Sequence record: NC_007623.1 | Reading direction: 5' to 3' (one strand) | DNA length: 64,000 nt | The notes under the pieces: model-generated | The model's input: only the letters and a program-made list of their open reading frames with translations | Told to the model about the DNA's origin: nothing | Databases searched by the model: none | Part shown: piece after piece, positions 9,836-18,982 of the stretch | Position numbering within the stretch: the first letter of the stretch is position 1 | How the letters are laid out: each line of letters starts with the position of its first letter | Translations under genes and position numbers: made by a program

Positions 9836-11806
9836 ATGGGTAAACACTCACCTGTTGAACGGATTAAATACCTCCATGAACAACTGACGTATCACGCCCA
9901 TCTCTATTTCGTCGAGAACCGGAACGAGATCTCTGATGAAGCGTATGATGTGTTGGAGCAAGAACTCAATGAGTTGTACGACCGATACCCTGAAATAGCG
10001 GCTAAGTTCGATTTCTATAATCGTCCCGTTCCTATTCATGAACCCTCCGGGGAAACCATTCAACCCGTACGGTTCGAGGAACCCATGCTCAGCTTGAAGA
10101 AAGCCTTGAGTGTGGAGGAGGCGGATACATTCCTGTTAAAGTTCCCGGATGGTACAAACTTCTTTTACGAAGAGAAACTGGATGGGTTGGCCCTGGAGTT
10201 GGTGTATGAACAGGGACAACTGGTCAGTATGAGTACCCGGGGGTCTGGATTAGTCGGGGAAGATGTGACGCATTCCATAGTTCTCTTCGATGAAGCTACA
10301 CTTCCTCGTACCTTAAGGACACTCCCTGACCGCCATAAACCCCAGGGGGATCGATTGGTTATTCGGGGTGAAGGGTACATCAGTCTGGAACGCTTCGATT
10401 CTCTTAATGAAACAGGGGGTAAACGGTCCAATCCCCGTAATGCCGTGAGTGGGTGGGTGCGGTCCCTCCCTCAGAACCAACGGGAGGATATCCGAGGAAC
10501 GCTGTACTTCGCGGCGTATTACGCCAGTGATCGATTGGGGACGAAAGCCTATTCCGAATTGAGGCAGGTTCTCTTAGGCCTAGGGTTTGGTGTTCCTGAA
10601 TCCAGGGATTGGATTGCGGTCTCAGAGAACCGGAGGGGGAACATTCGTCCGGTGGATGGGATTGTGATTAAAGTCGACAAGTTCAAGGAACAAGACGCCA
10701 GTGGAAATGGGAGTAAATTCCCTCACTGGGCGATTGCTTACAAGTTCCCTGCGGAAGAAGCGTTGGCCCAGGTTGAGGGCTGTATCTGGAATACCTCTCG
10801 GTTTGGTCGGGTAGTACCGGTGGTCCAGTATACCCCTGTAACGATCCAAGGGGTTATCTGTCAGTCTGCGTCGTTAGATAACTACGGTTCGTTTATGGAC
10901 TTAGGGTTATCAATCGGGGATCGGATTGTTATTACCCGGAACAACGATGTGATCCCTCGGTTGAACCGGGTGGAGGAGTGTGGGGAAGGAGACCTCCTAG
11001 AAGCGCCTACAAGCTGCCCTAGCTGCGATTCTCTCCTAGAGGTAGTGGTGGGTAGGGACAGTTCCGAACTCGTCTGTAATAACGTCGCAGAGTGCCCTGC
11101 GCAGATCGTTATGCGGTGCGTAACGACGTTCGATAAGTTTGGACTGGATGTAGACGGTTTAGGACCCGTTAAGGTCAGTGAATTGGTTGAGAAAGGATGG
11201 GTTAAGCAACCAGCTGATATACTTACCCTTCCGGAAGGCATTAAGGATCAATGCCTCACCCCGACGACTCGAAGAGGTTTGGAGCGTGTCCTTCAGGAAC
11301 CCGTTCCTTTACATCGCTTCTTAAAGGCGTTGGGTATCCCGGATATTGGGATCACTTTGGCTAAACGCCTAGCCAACGCCATCCCTGAAGGGAAGATCGA
11401 AGAATCCCTTACCAATCCTAAGTTCCTACAAAGTGTACGAGGGGTTTCAGTGGGGATTGCTTACCGGGTCGTGAACGCGTTCGACTCCCCGGTCTTTAAG
11501 GACAACTTCCACGCCCTAAAAGGTTTGTTAACTCTCCAGTACACCGGAACGCAGGACGACTGCATTAAAGTCTGTATTACCGGCAACATTGGACCTTCCC
11601 GAGGAGAACTCTGTAACCTGTTCGCTAAGGAAGGGATTGAACTCAGTGATCGGCTTACCCAGGACTGTGCCTTCGTCATTGTGGGTGATCGTCCTGGTAA
11701 ATCGAAACTGTTAATTGCAACCGAATCGGGTATACCTATGCTAATTGCAAAGGATTATTCGAGCATTGGCTCCCTCATTCAGTTCATTAAAGGACACCGA
11801 GAATGA
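9836..11806 (+). CDS. ligA: NAD+-dependent DNA ligase
   Basis: N-terminal Ia domain (Y..ISDEAYD.L..EL), KLDG adenylation motif, STRGSG..GEDVT, IRGE, RN..G, VDGIVIK, Zn finger CPSC..C..C, HhH repeats, C-terminal BRCT. Confidence 0.95.
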   Translation: MGKHSPVERIKYLHEQLTYHAHLYFVENRNEISDEAYDVLEQELNELYDRYPEIAAKFDFYNRPVPIHEPSGETIQPVRFEEPMLSLKKALSVEEADTFLLKFPDGTNFFYEEKLDGLALELVYEQGQLVSMSTRGSGLVGEDVTHSIVLFDEATLPRTLRTLPDRHKPQGDRLVIRGEGYISLERFDSLNETGGKRSNPRNAVSGWVRSLPQNQREDIRGTLYFAAYYASDRLGTKAYSELRQVLLGLGFGVPESRDWIAVSENRRGNIRPVDGIVIKVDKFKEQDASGNGSKFPHWAIAYKFPAEEALAQVEGCIWNTSRFGRVVPVVQYTPVTIQGVICQSASLDNYGSFMDLGLSIGDRIVITRNNDVIPRLNRVEECGEGDLLEAPTSCPSCDSLLEVVVGRDSSELVCNNVAECPAQIVMRCVTTFDKFGLDVDGLGPVKVSELVEKGWVKQPADILTLPEGIKDQCLTPTTRRGLERVLQEPVPLHRFLKALGIPDIGITLAKRLANAIPEGKIEESLTNPKFLQSVRGVSVGIAYRVVNAFDSPVFKDNFHALKGLLTLQYTGTQDDCIKVCITGNIGPSRGELCNLFAKEGIELSDRLTQDCAFVIVGDRPGKSKLLIATESGIPMLIAKDYSSIGSLIQFIKGHRE

Positions 11807-13110
11807 CTGTTAAAACTGACACCAACGACCAACAACACACTACCACCGACCCGGTAGTAGCAATGAAACTCAAGAAGGCCGAGAAGGCTCTGAAACACTC
11901 CAAGGAACTGGGTAAGAAGATGAAACACGACAAGGAACAGTTGGATAAGAAATCCATTACCCAACCCACTGAGAATAAAGAGTACCGTTCCGCCCCTGAG
12001 CCTTCTAAGCCCAAGGTGGTGGTTGACGGTAAGGAACTGGTGGCTCTCGATACCAAGCCGTACGGCGAATGGATCCGTTCCAAAGAAGGACACGATATTT
12101 TTGGGAATACATTCTGGTCAGTAGGTGTAACCGCGGAAATCGCCCTCTTCTCTCATTTCAAGACAACTTTTTGCGGAGTTGAACTCGATCTCTTGGTCGA
12201 CTCCTATTCTGAAGTTACGCTGGAAACCCCTACTGACGTTCCTTTCCTTAACGTCAGTAAGCGTAAGGGGAGTGCTGTGGTAGTCAACTCGGTGGTTAAT
12301 CGTTGTGAGTTTGAAGGGGAGAATTGTCTTCTGAATGTCGAGATTAACGACTGTGTGGTTAACAAGAGCAAGGTCGTTCGTACACGATCGACCGAATTGC
12401 GACCAATCGACGAACTGATCGACTTCCCAAAAAGAGCGGATGTATTTAGACGAGGGGTCGATCAACGCGCCCGGTACAACGACTGCCGTTTCATCGAATC
12501 CGAGATTAAAGATTCTCCCATCAATGGCAAGGGCTTAGTGAAAGAGTCGTATGTGGATCGTACCCACATTACCGCTGGGAAGTTTGCCATCGTTAAATCG
12601 CATCTTACCACCACCACCCTCACCGCATCCATGCTGTCTCTCTCGAAAGCTTACCTTCATGGTTGTTACTTGAGCGTTTCTGAAACGCTGATCCTTCGCA
12701 ACTTCACCCTCCGGAATAAGACGCTTTACATGAGGTCACTCTACGCGCCTAATAAACTGGGTCTTACGGAGATCGAACTTCCGTTCCATCCTCAAAATCT
12801 TATTCTGCACCGCACCTCAAAAACACAGTATGTAATCTCCATCCGCTCGGGTGGTTCGTCCGGCCTTGAACTGGGGAGCGACGTAACTTGGGAAGAACTC
12901 AGTGAAAAACTGGGTGAACTCTTGATAAAAACCCCGATGGTCAATAACGAGATCTCTGAAGACGGACTCCTCTTCAAAAGCATCTTGAATTATGTCCTGA
13001 AGTCGGTGATTTCTCGGATGAAGATCATCAAGTTGATGGACGATGTGATGGCTGTTAACCGTAGTATCACATCAGATTTCGAGGATCCTGAGTCCGTCCC
13101 GTATTGTTAG
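11803..13110 (+). CDS. Hypothetical protein; Lys-rich N-terminus and probable beta-helix core
   Basis: 435-aa ORF overlapping ligA by 4 nt (ATGA); periodic S/N/C-x-I/V/L pattern. Confidence 0.65.
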   Translation: MTVKTDTNDQQHTTTDPVVAMKLKKAEKALKHSKELGKKMKHDKEQLDKKSITQPTENKEYRSAPEPSKPKVVVDGKELVALDTKPYGEWIRSKEGHDIFGNTFWSVGVTAEIALFSHFKTTFCGVELDLLVDSYSEVTLETPTDVPFLNVSKRKGSAVVVNSVVNRCEFEGENCLLNVEINDCVVNKSKVVRTRSTELRPIDELIDFPKRADVFRRGVDQRARYNDCRFIESEIKDSPINGKGLVKESYVDRTHITAGKFAIVKSHLTTTTLTASMLSLSKAYLHGCYLSVSETLILRNFTLRNKTLYMRSLYAPNKLGLTEIELPFHPQNLILHRTSKTQYVISIRSGGSSGLELGSDVTWEELSEKLGELLIKTPMVNNEISEDGLLFKSILNYVLKSVISRMKIIKLMDDVMAVNRSITSDFEDPESVPYC

Positions 13111-13119
13111 TACACAACA

Positions 13120-13151
13120 CCTTACTCCCCAGGTAATCCTGGGGAGTAAGG
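13120..13151 (+). terminator. Intergenic hairpin
   Basis: CCTTACTCCCCAGG-taat-CCTGGGGAGTAAGG, 14-bp perfect stem. Confidence 0.6.
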
Positions 13152-13190
13152 GTTTAATTGCCTACTTACCTGTAAAAGGGAGGTTAACGA

Positions 13191-13682
13191 ATGTCCAAAA
13201 CAAAGAGGAATGACCGATATGTCATTTATACCGATGGGAGCGCGTTAGGGAATCCAGGTCCGGGCGGTTACGGTGTTTACGCTAAATACAAAGGGGAAGA
13301 ATTCTCCCTGAGTAAAGGGTATTACAAAACCACTAACAACCGTCAAGAACTCATGAGTGTGATTGCAGCACTGGAAGAGTTTGGTCCTAATATCAAAGTG
13401 GACATCTTCACTGACTCCCAATACGTCATTAAGTGTGCTACTAAATGGATGAGAGGATGGATACGGAACAACTGGATGGGGTATAACTCTGGGCAACCGG
13501 TTAAGAACCGCGATCTGTTGGAAGTCCTCAATGAACTCTTGAAGAAGAATAAGGTAAAGTTCCATTGGGTTAAAGGTCACTCTGGGGATGAAGGGAATGA
13601 AAAGGCAGACCAATTAGCCAAGGATGCTGCCAATAATCCGGAAGCCCACGATATGGAATACATGAAAGTCTTAGGGTTCTAA
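13191..13682 (+). CDS. rnhA: Ribonuclease HI
   Basis: YTDGS..GNPGPGGYG, TTNNRQEL, TDSQY, WVKGHSG..GNEKADQLA; all catalytic acidic residues present. Confidence 0.95.
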   Translation: MSKTKRNDRYVIYTDGSALGNPGPGGYGVYAKYKGEEFSLSKGYYKTTNNRQELMSVIAALEEFGPNIKVDIFTDSQYVIKCATKWMRGWIRNNWMGYNSGQPVKNRDLLEVLNELLKKNKVKFHWVKGHSGDEGNEKADQLAKDAANNPEAHDMEYMKVLGF

Positions 13683-13707
13683 TCAATCAACCGTGGAGAT
13701 TAACACT

Positions 13708-14946
13708 ATGAAAAGCTTTATTGATGTATCAGTAGTAGAAGATGGGGGTAAACAGTTCCTCTTCGGTATTACTGCGAATCAAAAGACAGGACGACCCGAA
13801 GTCGTAGGATATACCGATCCTGATTATTTCAGAGAGGGTGCTGACCGTGTGTTTGAACAGCTTATCCGGGAAGAACAACGAAAGGAAGCGGATATTAAAC
13901 TCCAGTTAGCCTTTATTAAGGTGGTCAAGGAACATCCCGGTAAACAACTGCAACTCACGCTTTGCTACAGCGCAAATGGACCGTCAGCTGGAGAATTTTA
14001 TTGGGTGGAGGATCGGTGTTATACGGCTGACGGAGTGTCCTTCCTATCGAATGCTCCGGTGTGTATCTATCATAAGAACTGTCTGGATGGTACTGCGGCA
14101 GCTTGGGCGGTAAGACGTGCACTCCCCTTGGTTGAATTGGTGGCTATGAGCTATCATGATGATCCGTACGAACTCTTTGGCCCGGGGTTGGAGTATCTAC
14201 AAGGGAGAATGGTCTATTGTGTTGATTTCAGTTTTAAGAAAGCAGTTGTAGAAGCGATTGCTAATTTACCGGATACAGGCTTGTTGATCTTGGATCATCA
14301 CGAGAGTGCTCAACGGGAACTGGGTGAACTCGTCGTTGGTTATTCCGGGAAATCAACGCTGGGTGATCGGGTTGAGATTATCATCGATATGACACGTTCA
14401 GGCGCTAAGTTGACGTACGACTACTTCCACCCTCAACAACCGACGCCTCCGGGTATTCTGGCGGTACAAGATCGGGATCTGTGGAAATGGGGGTACGAAG
14501 GCAGTAAGGAATGGACCGCAGCTGCCTTTGGGTATCCCCTCACCGTTGAGAGTTTCGATAAACTGATTCATCGGGATTACCAAGACGTGGTAGAAGAAGG
14601 TCGTACCGTCCTTCGTAAGCAGGAATTGGATGTCGAGAAACTGCTCCCGAGTGCGCGGCCTTACACGTTGGAGGGGTACAACTGCTTGATTGTTAATGCC
14701 AGTTATTTCCACGCCAGTGATGTAGGGGATAAACTGAAGGGTCGAGACGGTATTGACTTTGTAGTCACTTACATGGATGGTAAGGATAGCCGGATCTTCT
14801 CTCTACGGGGTAAGGATAAAGTGAACCTAGCGGAAGTGGCTGAACGTTTTGGAGGAGGCGGCCACCCTAACGCAGCAGGGTTCACCTTGAGCTTCAACGA
14901 TCCTCGTTTCTCCCAGTCACACCTGTTACTATATTCCGGTACTTAA
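13708..14946 (+). CDS. DHH/DHHA1 phosphoesterase with N-terminal extension
   Basis: IYHKNCLDG, VDFS, LDHH, DRDLW, SLR, GGGHPNAAGF motifs; GGAG RBS favours ATG 13708. Confidence 0.85.
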   Translation: MKSFIDVSVVEDGGKQFLFGITANQKTGRPEVVGYTDPDYFREGADRVFEQLIREEQRKEADIKLQLAFIKVVKEHPGKQLQLTLCYSANGPSAGEFYWVEDRCYTADGVSFLSNAPVCIYHKNCLDGTAAAWAVRRALPLVELVAMSYHDDPYELFGPGLEYLQGRMVYCVDFSFKKAVVEAIANLPDTGLLILDHHESAQRELGELVVGYSGKSTLGDRVEIIIDMTRSGAKLTYDYFHPQQPTPPGILAVQDRDLWKWGYEGSKEWTAAAFGYPLTVESFDKLIHRDYQDVVEEGRTVLRKQELDVEKLLPSARPYTLEGYNCLIVNASYFHASDVGDKLKGRDGIDFVVTYMDGKDSRIFSLRGKDKVNLAEVAERFGGGGHPNAAGFTLSFNDPRFSQSHLLLYSGT

Positions 14947-15114
14947 ATGGACACTCACACACTGTTCTTAATCATTGACCTGGTAGGTAAATCCGTTTTT
15001 ATTGGTGACTTAGTGACTCGCGTGGACGACCATCGACTTATGAAGTCTATCCGATATTTGGAGAATCGGAAGGTGATTAAAACAGTTACGGTTACCCAAT
15101 GTTTACGTAACTAA
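14947..15114 (+). CDS. Small hypothetical protein (55 aa; below the ORF-track cutoff)
   Basis: ATG directly after the preceding TAA; MDTHTLFLIIDLVGKSVFIG... Confidence 0.45.
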   Translation: MDTHTLFLIIDLVGKSVFIGDLVTRVDDHRLMKSIRYLENRKVIKTVTVTQCLRN

Positions 15115-15134
15115 CAGGTATTCCATTTGATGGG

Positions 15135-15183
15135 GGGTGGTTAGTATACAGGCTAACCACCCTGTTCTCTCTATTTTTTTTTT
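15135..15183 (+). terminator. Intrinsic terminator
   Basis: GGGTGGTTAG-N8-CTAACCACCC followed by a T10 tract at 15174-15183. Confidence 0.6.
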
Positions 15184-15196
15184 CGGGATAAGTGGA

Positions 15197-15622
15197 ATGA
15201 ATAATTACGGGTATGTGGATGTGTCCTTGGTAGGACCTGAAGTAGAGGAAATCTTTGGCTTGCTCTTGGAGTGTGGTATTGCACCGGCTGCGGAGTATAA
15301 CCTGCATTGTACCCTGATGTACGATGAACAGGCAGAAGAACCGCTGGTGAAACTGAATCCTGATGCGAAATTCACCGCCTACGTGACAGGGATTGATGTA
15401 CTGGGAGATGGATTGGTGTTTAACCTTACCAGCAAAGACCTCGCTGATGAACACCGCAGGTTGAAAGACGGTGGATATACCCATTCCTTTGATGCCTTCT
15501 TACCGCACATGTCTGTCACCTATGACTTCGATGAATACGACATGTTGAAAGTGAAGCAAGCTTTCGCAACCTGGGGTGGTCGACAACTCACCTTCAGTAA
15601 AGAATCGTTCGGAACCAAATAA
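15197..15622 (+). CDS. 2H phosphoesterase, Acb1 (T4 gp57B)-like anti-CBASS nuclease candidate
   Basis: Two HxT/S motifs (LHCTLMY, PHMSVTY); LVFNLTS..L..EH..L...G.THSFD.F.PH.S.TY parallels Acb1. Confidence 0.75.
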   Translation: MNNYGYVDVSLVGPEVEEIFGLLLECGIAPAAEYNLHCTLMYDEQAEEPLVKLNPDAKFTAYVTGIDVLGDGLVFNLTSKDLADEHRRLKDGGYTHSFDAFLPHMSVTYDFDEYDMLKVKQAFATWGGRQLTFSKESFGTK

Positions 15623-15631
15623 GACCCGATA

Positions 15632-15661
15632 CTACCCCTACCCTTGACCGGGTAGGGGTAG
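15632..15661 (+). terminator. Intergenic hairpin
   Basis: CTACCCCTACCC-ttgacc-GGGTAGGGGTAG. Confidence 0.65.
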
Positions 15662-15698
15662 GTTTAAGGGAGTAAAAAATTAAGTTAAGGAATGAAAC

Positions 15699-15718
15699 AA
15701 ACCTACATTACCAGGGTG
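15699..15718 (+). promoter_or_regulatory. Putative early promoter
   Basis: AAACCTACATTAC-caggg-TG. Confidence 0.7.
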
Positions 15719-15784
15719 AATAGACAACGGGATTGTTTGCAGGTAAGTGACTTTCCCTTCTAAAGACAGAAAAGGGTTATAAAG

Positions 15785-16999
15785 ATGAGCGTGACTACTG
15801 ACTTCAATGCCGCCCTGGCGAATGTCTTGAGTGACATCGGTGAAAAGACAGACCGTGAGGAGATCCTGTCGATCATCTACCACCACCTCTTCGACGAGAC
15901 GCGTTTCAATAAATCAAAGCGTCCGTCTGCGCTGAAGAAGATCAACGAGGCGACTCGTTCCCGGTTTACGATGAACGACGTTCGTCACGCCGGTAAGAAA
16001 CCGGAGAAGTTGATCGTAACGGATAAACTGTCCGGTCATGTTGACATTCCCGTCCGTGTGATGGGTGAAGTGAATGAACAGGCCTCGCAGGCAGAGACTG
16101 TTCCGGCAACCCCCACTGAAACTGATGCAATGACCCACCTGGAGAACACCATGAAAGAAGAAAACCAACCGCTCGCCCAACAACTCCTGGAACGATCCCA
16201 AGGTGCCCGCGCCGCCTATGAAGAACAGGCGGGGGCTTCCAGCTGGTCCGACAGCAATGACAGCGACGAGGTCGTCGAGGTACTGGGGGTGACCTTCAAG
16301 GCCGATAACATCCTGTCCTACACCATCGACGCCTGGCTGATCAACGGCGGTCTCCCGACTCACCTGAAGACCGAACTGGAAGAGCTCGTCAAGAGTCAAG
16401 ACCACTCGTCCCCGGCGGGTGCGCTCCGTGCCTTCCTGGACGACCACCCCGAACTCAGCCAGGAGTTCATCAATCAGTACAGCAAGGCGGTAAAAGACAT
16501 CAACGCCACCGGCGTGGAAGCTGAAAAGGCGCGCCGTGATGCGGCTAAAGCCCAACGGCAAGCGCCGGGTACCTTCAAGGAACGTGTCGTCTACACCCTC
16601 CGGGGCGGTCGTGAAGAAGGCTTCGGTTCCGGCGCGGTGGCGGCTGCTGCGGCGATCATCGGCGGTGGTGTCGAAATGGCATCACGTGGGAATGTGAGCA
16701 TCGGTTCGGTTGTGGGTACGGGGCTGGGTGCGGCGGCCGGTTACTTCGCGGCTGAGAAAGCAGAAGGCCTCATGAAGAGCGAACCGGGTCGTTACATCGT
16801 GAGTGGTTCGATCGGTCTGATCCTGGGTGGGGCGGGTTCCAACCTCGGACGTACCACTCAAGGCCTTCTGGGCTTCGGTCCTCAGCAGCCCCAAGGCGAG
16901 CCCGTAGCGACGGTTTCCGTTCGGGAGCAGGTCACGGCACAACCGGAACCGGTTCCTCAATCCCAGGGCATTCTGGCCACGGTAGCTGCCCTGTTCTAA
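15785..16999 (+). CDS. Hypothetical protein with C-terminal glycine-zipper membrane segments
   Basis: 404 aa; GC3-rich codons; GxxxG-rich hydrophobic helices in the last ~130 aa. Confidence 0.7.
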   Translation: MSVTTDFNAALANVLSDIGEKTDREEILSIIYHHLFDETRFNKSKRPSALKKINEATRSRFTMNDVRHAGKKPEKLIVTDKLSGHVDIPVRVMGEVNEQASQAETVPATPTETDAMTHLENTMKEENQPLAQQLLERSQGARAAYEEQAGASSWSDSNDSDEVVEVLGVTFKADNILSYTIDAWLINGGLPTHLKTELEELVKSQDHSSPAGALRAFLDDHPELSQEFINQYSKAVKDINATGVEAEKARRDAAKAQRQAPGTFKERVVYTLRGGREEGFGSGAVAAAAAIIGGGVEMASRGNVSIGSVVGTGLGAAAGYFAAEKAEGLMKSEPGRYIVSGSIGLILGGAGSNLGRTTQGLLGFGPQQPQGEPVATVSVREQVTAQPEPVPQSQGILATVAALF

Positions 17000-17108
17000 G
17001 CAATACGGAATAACAGCGAACATGATTAAACTCAGTTAATCGACTGACGGTGCTCGACTACGAGGGGTTATTCCCTCGTAGTTGGGTATTCGTTCTCTAT
17101 TTTTTAAT

Positions 17109-17128
17109 ACACCTACATCATTCTTGTG
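17109..17128 (+). promoter_or_regulatory. Putative early promoter
   Basis: ACACCTACATCAT-tcttg-TG. Confidence 0.6.
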
Positions 17129-17163
17129 TAATGAGAGTGTTTATTTTTGTTAGAGGTAAGGTT

Positions 17164-17484
17164 GTGAACACATCCAACACACCACATAAACCCCTCCAGT
17201 TCAGCCATCAGTTCTTCTACACCATGGGGTATAAGGCTGGGTACTACGGAGCTCCACTCGAATTCAAGGATTACTCCTTGTCTTCGTGCCAATTCAATTG
17301 CCTCTACTTGGGGTATATCCACGGGTATTCTGAGAAGAGAAAGAAAGGGATTTGGAATTTCCTTAAGAATGTCTACCTTAAAGTGCGGTATAAAAGAACC
17401 CTTATTGGGGATTCCCAAGCCCAGTTTGAGAAGGACTATGGGCATATCCCCCAGATTCGTTATCACCTTAATCCATCTGAATAA
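17164..17484 (+). CDS. Hypothetical protein
   Basis: GAGGTAAGG RBS before in-frame GTG 17164. Confidence 0.5.
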   Translation: MNTSNTPHKPLQFSHQFFYTMGYKAGYYGAPLEFKDYSLSSCQFNCLYLGYIHGYSEKRKKGIWNFLKNVYLKVRYKRTLIGDSQAQFEKDYGHIPQIRYHLNPSE

Positions 17485-17499
17485 GCGAGGTTGATATTA

Positions 17500-18099
17500 A
17501 TGGACGCATATGTCAACGATCCAACGCTCCCTAACTTCGATCAAGAGATCCGAGCGCTCCAATACCTTAAAGACCATTTTACCCGTAATCCCAAGAAGAT
17601 GAAGAAGATGTGTCTGAGGATGTTGCCTGAACTCCCTGGGTTCATTAGGGACGCCTTTATTAACAACATTATTCTGGGGAAAGATCCTATTCACTGGCTG
17701 GAACACGCATTCGCTGAAATGGACCAGTATCCTGTCTTAATGAAACAGTTCATTGAGGAAGGGAACCATGGGATGATCTTTGATAAGGGAACCCTCTATG
17801 GTTTCAGCCTGAAGACCAACCCGAAGTGGTTGAGTAACCAAGATGGGGAATGGGACCCTGAGGAAGAGCAGGCGATTATCGATCAGGCGCTGAATGCATG
17901 GATGGTTAAGGAGCGTCGTCGAAGCTTCCGAGGGCGTATTGTGCTCTTCCAAGACTTTGGGTTCTCCGGGATTACGTTCCTGGTCGATCACGCTTTTACG
18001 GATGAATACTGGGAGGAATGTCAGAAACAATGGGAACTGGAGGATAAACGCCAGTTGGATCAAGAACTTAGGGCACTTCTTTCTAAGGCAGGTTGTTGA
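17500..18099 (+). CDS. Hypothetical protein
   Basis: GAGG RBS before ATG 17500; 199 aa. Confidence 0.65.
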   Translation: MDAYVNDPTLPNFDQEIRALQYLKDHFTRNPKKMKKMCLRMLPELPGFIRDAFINNIILGKDPIHWLEHAFAEMDQYPVLMKQFIEEGNHGMIFDKGTLYGFSLKTNPKWLSNQDGEWDPEEEQAIIDQALNAWMVKERRRSFRGRIVLFQDFGFSGITFLVDHAFTDEYWEECQKQWELEDKRQLDQELRALLSKAGC

Positions 18100-18213
18100 G
18101 CATCACAGTCTGCGGAACAACATCTTCTCGCAGGGCGAGGATTACCTCAAAGCCCGCAAATCCACCACTCAGGGTCTTGTTACCTTGAACATCAGCTGTA
18201 AGGAGCTTAAGTA

Positions 18214-18588
18214 ATGCAATACACCCAAGAGAGTTTGGCCGAGACTCCAATGGAACAACGTATCGAAGCGATGCTGTTCGGACTCCAAACCCTGACCTTC
18301 CAAATGAACACCTCGATCGTCGAGTTCTACATCGGCGAGGTCAAGCTGAAAGCGCAGCCGGGTGCTCTGGTCGCTGACATCGTCGTCGAGCGCGATGGTG
18401 AACCGCTGGTGCATTACCGCGCCCGTTCCGAAGGCACCACCATTTCGATACCGAAGTCCAGTGTCAGTGAGCAGAAACTCATCGAGTACCTCGAGAAGTT
18501 CTCGGTCATGGTGATCTACGCTATTCACCGTGCGTTTATCAAGGAACATTGCGATAACCGCACTACCCTCATCCCTCCCCAAGAGTAA
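18214..18588 (+). CDS. Hypothetical protein with host-like codon usage
   Basis: AAGGAG RBS; C/G-ending codons dominate. Confidence 0.7.
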   Translation: MQYTQESLAETPMEQRIEAMLFGLQTLTFQMNTSIVEFYIGEVKLKAQPGALVADIVVERDGEPLVHYRARSEGTTISIPKSSVSEQKLIEYLEKFSVMVIYAIHRAFIKEHCDNRTTLIPPQE

Positions 18589-18671
18589 TCTTACTTAGGG
18601 GTAGGCAACTACCCCTTCCCCGATCCTGGGTTATTCTCTGCTGGATCGGAATAATAAACGGTGAGGATGCC

Positions 18672-18836
18672 ATGAAACCTAAAGTCGAACACCCCAAGGT
18701 TCCCTATACCCCCTTCTTAACCTTTCCCGAATACCTTGTTGCTACCGATGTGAAGCTACAGGTTAAGGTGTTTAAGAAGGAATTGGAACGGATTAAGGAC
18801 GATCCCACTCACGAACTGAATACCTTGGTCCTGTAA
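18672..18836 (+). CDS. Small hypothetical protein (54 aa)
   Basis: GAGGA RBS; MKPKVEHPKVPYTPFLTFPEY... Confidence 0.5.
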   Translation: MKPKVEHPKVPYTPFLTFPEYLVATDVKLQVKVFKKELERIKDDPTHELNTLVL

Positions 18837-18845
18837 CCCGCTTAA

Positions 18846-18900
18846 CCACCCCCACTCTGTAAAAGGAGTTGGGGTGGCGGGTGTTTATTTCTTTTAGTTT
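18846..18900 (+). terminator. Intrinsic terminator
   Basis: CCACCCCCACTC / GAGTTGGGGTGG stem followed by a T-rich tract. Confidence 0.5.
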
Positions 18901-18917
18901 AAAACGTATTTATTCTC

Positions 18918-18937
18918 AAACCTACATTATTCATATG
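18918..18937 (+). promoter_or_regulatory. Putative early promoter
   Basis: AAACCTACATTAT-tcata-TG. Confidence 0.7.
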
Positions 18938-18982
18938 AATTGAGCAATATGATTATTGTTTAACCCAAAGGAGGAACACTTC

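Noticed and set aside
15174-15183. T10 homopolymer as a phase-variation or frameshift site in the ORF-track 15137 start
   Set aside because: It is the U-tract of a terminator, and the real gene start is ATG 15197
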